Positions 59,147 to 64,000 of a DNA stretch of 64,000 nucleotides are shown piece after piece (within the stretch, counting starts at the first letter, position 1; the number at the start of each line of letters is the position of its first letter). This stretch comes from Klebsormidium nitens (Eukaryota > Plantae > Klebsormidiophyceae). The position numbers and the translations under genes were made by a program. Under the pieces are notes generated by a model that ran no database searches, was not told where the DNA came from, and was given only the letters and a program-made list of their open reading frames with translations. The stretch spans positions 62,001-126,000 of the forward strand of contig DF236988.1 of the NCBI GenBank assembly GCA_000708835.1, written 5' to 3'.

Positions 59147-60663
59147 ACAGTAGACACGCAACGCCAATAAGGATGGTCACACGCTCAGAGCTAGAGGGCC
59201 CTCTAGTCAGGCGGCTAGGCTTGGCACTCAGTTACCATCTGAAACAGAGTCGTCAGCTGGGATTACAATACCCATCATTGTATTCTGCTGCTTATCCCTT
59301 TTGTAGAGCCTTTTGGGGCCGACTGCATGCGCAGCGGTTGCAGGCACATTCGAACTCTATATGACGTCTAATCTGTTCGAAGTGTGCAAGGATGGACTTC
59401 GTGTAAGTCTTGGCACTAGAGCCGCCAAATGCATTTGTCATGATTGGACGGTGGTACAAAAAGGTTTCTGAAAAACTTATGCTCTGGGCGGCCGCCGACA
59501 TATGCAGCATACTGAAACGCTATCATGGATCGAATTTGGCCAATCATTAGCAACTGCATGTGGGCGCATGCTTTTGCGGCCGACATTACCGGCGACTAGA
59601 TCATGACCCGGCGCTGTGGTTATTTGTTATGTGGCACATGCATGCCAAATTTGTAGAGAGCTTAAGTAAAGAGCTGCCGTTGTACGCTGACGCAAGGCCG
59701 CGGCTGCATATGGGCCACTAGCTTAGCTTGAGTAGTGAAGTACTTTCGTTTGTTTCCCCCATGTAAGTAAGGAGCGTAGACACAAAGACGAGACACTGGT
59801 TTGGCCGTTGATCTACTAATTGCCCGATAGCTCAACGTGGCGATCAGGGCTTTAATATACACCGTAAGTTATACCGTCTACGGGTCCAGCTTGAAAAGTG
59901 TAGCTATGCATGCAATCCATGCTTACATGAAGCCTGAGTGATGGTCACGTACGTATTGTACGCGTGTAATCACGCTTGGACCGCGCCAGATCGAAAAGCC
60001 TGGCATGACCTCCCACGCGATTCAGGAGCGGCTGACTCTGCGCGGGCCCTCAGAGCAGCCACGGTTTGAGCTGGAAGAACTAATGGTCACTAAATTAATC
60101 CGTTTAGTAGTACCGTTTGTCCAATCAAAGAACGACGCTTCTATTTCTCACTCATCAGGCTCATCTTTACGAATATCGGTAATGTACAGGTAGGCAATGC
60201 AAGTTGGCTTTTGCACTGGATATCTGACGGCTCTCGTCTGAGCTACGCACTGCCATTGGACTGGGAACCAAGACAGGCTGTTGAATGCAGAGTTGAAAAC
60301 CGAGTTAGAACATCTGGAACATGGGCTATAGGTGGAAAACGAACAATTCCAACCGTGGGTACCGTAATTATGTCCAAATCGACCGTACAATAATTTGCTA
60401 ACATTGGGCACACTGAGGCAGGGTTTCAAAATGTCCAATTGCATGAATGCAATCCACCTAATTTGACCACATTGACGCTGCGTGACTAGCGGTACTTGAC
60501 GCCGCGCTGTGGCATGCCAGCCGTTCAGCCGGAGTCCGACGCCGAGTATTAAAATCATGACATTGCGCGCGCACCCACAAATCGACGGCGCAGGGCTTCT
60601 AAAACGTCCTTCAGATCCGTCGGATCACTGACAACCAGTACGCTAGCCTCGCCGGCGGCTTGC

Positions 60664-63500
60664 ATGGCCCGGTTGAATAGGTACCAGCCCGATCCGACTC
60701 CAGTACTTGGCATAAGGCCAAGCTTGAAGAAATTTATTCGTGGGGCCGGTCTGCAGACATACGGTAATTGTAACAGGTTCGGATGCTCAAGTCGACTTGC
60801 CGATTCTTGTACTGGTGTACTAGTGAAAAGGACGTGTGTACACTTGTGCCTGCCGTTTTCGGTACTAGGTAGTAAAGCCTGTCACATTCTGAGACTGACT
60901 TTTGCACTGGCTTGATTGTCGCTTGACTGTATGCCTGATCAAATGACTTGCTCAGTGCTTGTCGGCCCGGCGCCTTCAGCAGATTCTTTCTTGGATCATT
61001 CTTGCGTTGACTGCCTCGACTCCGGAGTGGAGTTAGTTTGGTTGGGCTGAGACAAGTCGGAAGCAAAGAGGCAGCAATCTGGGCTTGACCTTGGCTGCCT
61101 CTTGGTTGGTCCGCTCGTCTCAAGCTGTATAGCAATGCAATTTGGAAGTTTATGGAGTGAAACAGGCGCTCGTCTTGATCAACAATACTAAAGCCGTAAT
61201 GCTTCAGAGAAGTCGAAAGGTGGGCCTACTGGGCAGGACCAAAGGGGGCTAGGTTCACCAGCGGTAGCATTCAGTATTGTTGCAGGTGACGTGAGAAAGT
61301 GCCGGCATTCGTCAGCATTGTGCATGCACAGAACTGAGACGCTTAGTCTAGTACCAGAGGCTCGATACGTCTTTGGCAGCCTTCTCAAAAGTTGAAGAAA
61401 GTCGCCAGCATTTTGCGGTAAAAGACTGGGATTCCCCGGAGTCTACCAGAGGGCCAATTATACGTCTCCGGTAACGTTCTCCTGAGGCTGTTGCTCTCGA
61501 CAAAACATTTCGGGGCCGTTGAAAAAAGGGCACCAAGAAAATGTTGGACATCAGTGGGGAGCCCCGGCTAGGGGTGACCCGCAAGACCCAGGAATGGAAC
61601 GCGATGCTGATCCGCCCCGAGATTGGGAAGGTAAGGACGTTTCGCCAAGGTCCTTGCTGTGCGTTCTTTGCCAATGCAACATGCATTGACATGTCTTACT
61701 TTGGCCGCTGAGAGGCACTATTACCGGCCAGCAGAGTAGTCATAGCATAGAACCACAACAGGTTTTCGGTTCTTCAATAGTACTCCAAGTCAGACGAGCG
61801 ATGCTTGCGAGGAGGTTTGCAGAACTTCAGTCCTAGCCAAGCTGAGGACGGAGGGGCTTCCAATTCGTCCGCTGCGCTTGATAAGATGTTCTTTGCTGCG
61901 GGCACCTATGGAACTGGGGTGTTGGCTGTTTCTTAAGTTTGTAGGCTGTCAGACTAGCCGAAAACGTCATTTTTATGAAATATAAGAAGGGGTCGTTGGC
62001 AGCGACAAACTTGATTGCTCCTCAAAAATATTACCAACTTTTTAGCCAGGAGTGTTTCAGGGGGCAAGCGGGTACAAAAAATTCCCCTTACACTCTTCTG
62101 GGCTCCACCATAGCTGACTTAGGAAAGAAGATTCCGTGCTGCCAAAGGCAAATACTCGCCGTTTTTGTGGGAGCTCGAGATGGCCTGTCACAGCTTTCAG
62201 AAGAGCCCTCTTGACATCGAACCGCTGTATCAAGAGAGCGGAATGTCTATGCCCGTTGATACAGTAATTGCTTTCGAAAAGCTTCTCCACAGAATCTTTT
62301 TGTTCTTAGCCTCGAGCTACGGTTGCTTGCTTGAACGCCACAACATCTGGGGCTTTGTTTGAGCCACCGCCAGCCCACAAAATGGGCATAAATGGGCGCT
62401 TTTGGACTACAATGATTCTGGGAGAAATTTGAAGCGCCGAGCAGCCAGTGTCCTACTTGGTTCCGGAGGTGGAGGAGAACTTTAAAATCATGAGACAGTT
62501 GGCTGCGATGCACATCAGACGCTCTGGAACGAACCCGCTGCGATTATCATGATTGGTTGATAACAAGCACCTGTTGGTCAAGAAATATGGCAACTCTGCA
62601 ACCAGTGGAATGAGAAGGAATACAACGCAACGCCACGTGTCGACTGTTTACAGGTTCGGAAGCCTACTCGGAAGCTGCCCGGGCAGGAGCACGCGTACGG
62701 GATCAACATGGTACAAGACCCGGAGAACGCAAAAGAAGGTTCGTGTGTGTACTTACACAACCTATGCTGCAACTGAACCTTCCTGGATTGGAGGAACCCG
62801 TTACTCAAATTGCGAACGAGTATTTTTGAAACAGATAAAGACGAATTTTCAGCTCGTTTCAAGGCGGCGCTTTGGGTGAAACCTAGAGACACGACGCGAA
62901 TCTGAACGAAATATCCAGATTTGAGAGAGAAACAGGAAAGTACAAGCGCCCTGCTCCTGTCAAGAATCAACTTCGCGTTCATATCAATATGAACCCGTTT
63001 TCGAGTAAAGTGGCGCAGTCTTTTGTACTTCGACAAAGGAAAAGCTGGTGTTTCCTGCATCACGCATAAGCCCACTTCAGTCGCAAGATGCGGCTGCGCG
63101 TCAGCTCCTCAGACATGCCGTCATATTCCCAGCACCTTCTCGTTAAGCACGACCCAATATCAGGCATCGCCCCTTTTATGATAAGCCGTCCCAACAAAGA
63201 ACACGGAAAACTGAGTGAGTTCAAGCCATAAGCTGAAGGCAACGAGAACAGGACATATCAAAACGACCGCTTCTAGTCTGCACGGAAGCTTGTATCTAGG
63301 TATGCTGATTACCAGCCCACAAGGTAGTATTACTTGTCTGCGTCCCTGATCATGTTGATGGCGCTTTCTCGGGCGTCTCATCGAGCATCTTGGTGTCCGT
63401 GCAGTCACGATGGTTTGGAAGGAGCACGAGCCCAATCCTGACAACAAGCCGGGCCCCGATTTCATGGCCATGAACCTGGCATCTATCAAGAGGTGAGTCA
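60664..63500 (+). pseudogene. Possible decayed multi-exon gene of unknown family
   Basis: Protein-like segments end at donor-like sites: MARLNRY..LQTY|gtaatt (~60773), ..QEWNAMLIRPEIGK|gtaagg (~61630), GSEAYSEAAGQEHAYGINMVQDPENAKE|gttcgt (62654-62738), RFLGRLIEHLGVRAVTMVWKEH..LASIKR|gtgagt (~63492). They are interrupted by stops and shifts. Confidence 0.25.
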
Positions 63501-64000
63501 TTGAAGTCAAGAATCGCTATCGGCAACGGTTTTCGTCAGGGTTCTCGGAGCCTGATTGTCTTTGAGCGAAGCAGGGAATCCCAGCTCTCCCTTTTTGATT
63601 TCATCCAGAAGGATAGGTTGTAGTGTTCTGGGGAGAAACTAGTCGGACCGCTGCAAAAATAACACATCAGTGACTCTGAACTCCATGTACTGACTCTGAA
63701 GTCCACATGATATGAAAACAAACTGTCCCAGATAGCTGCGAGAGTCGGGACTGATGAAGTGCTTACCGTAAGCCGAACCCGCTCCATCCTTCGAGTAGAC
63801 GGCGTAATGAGCTCTTTGTTTTTATTTCAATCCTCCAAACGCACCGTACCGACTAGAATCTCCAGAGAGACAATTTCTACCTCATGAAGGCACCTTTCTC
63901 TTTATTCGGGGTACGAAGTGAGTAGCAAATGCTACGTTATCCGAGTCACTCTTGAACGAAGTGCCTACTGCCCCGCTACAGTGAGTGCACGACGGCGTCG

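Overview
Eukaryotic, intron-rich genomic DNA (GT-AG introns, GC-rich exons). Gene content and style suggest a streptophyte green alga, possibly Klebsormidium-like (inference). The ORF track breaks the genes into fragments, so I rebuilt gene models from splice sites. Plus strand, conserved genes: BDP1 (TFIIIB B''), RIO1 kinase, RPL24, condensin CAP-H and a DPP IV (S9B) peptidase. Minus strand, accessory genes: a large double helicase (DUF6469 + Upf1/Sen1-type SF1 + UvrD/TRANK1-like) that appears to carry an N-terminal toxin-type ParB/Srx domain across a 1-nt frameshift; an orphan membrane protein; a hemerythrin (HHE) protein; an intronless secreted protein resembling fungal UVI-1/HsbA; a secreted protein built from phase 1-1 exons with a Cys/Trp repeat; and a disrupted MYND-finger gene. 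Other structure: an array of decayed exon copies inside a BDP1 intron and several single-base frameshifts that may be assembly errors. I found no rRNA, tRNA, CRISPR array or intact transposon. Family calls come from motif recognition only; no searches were run.
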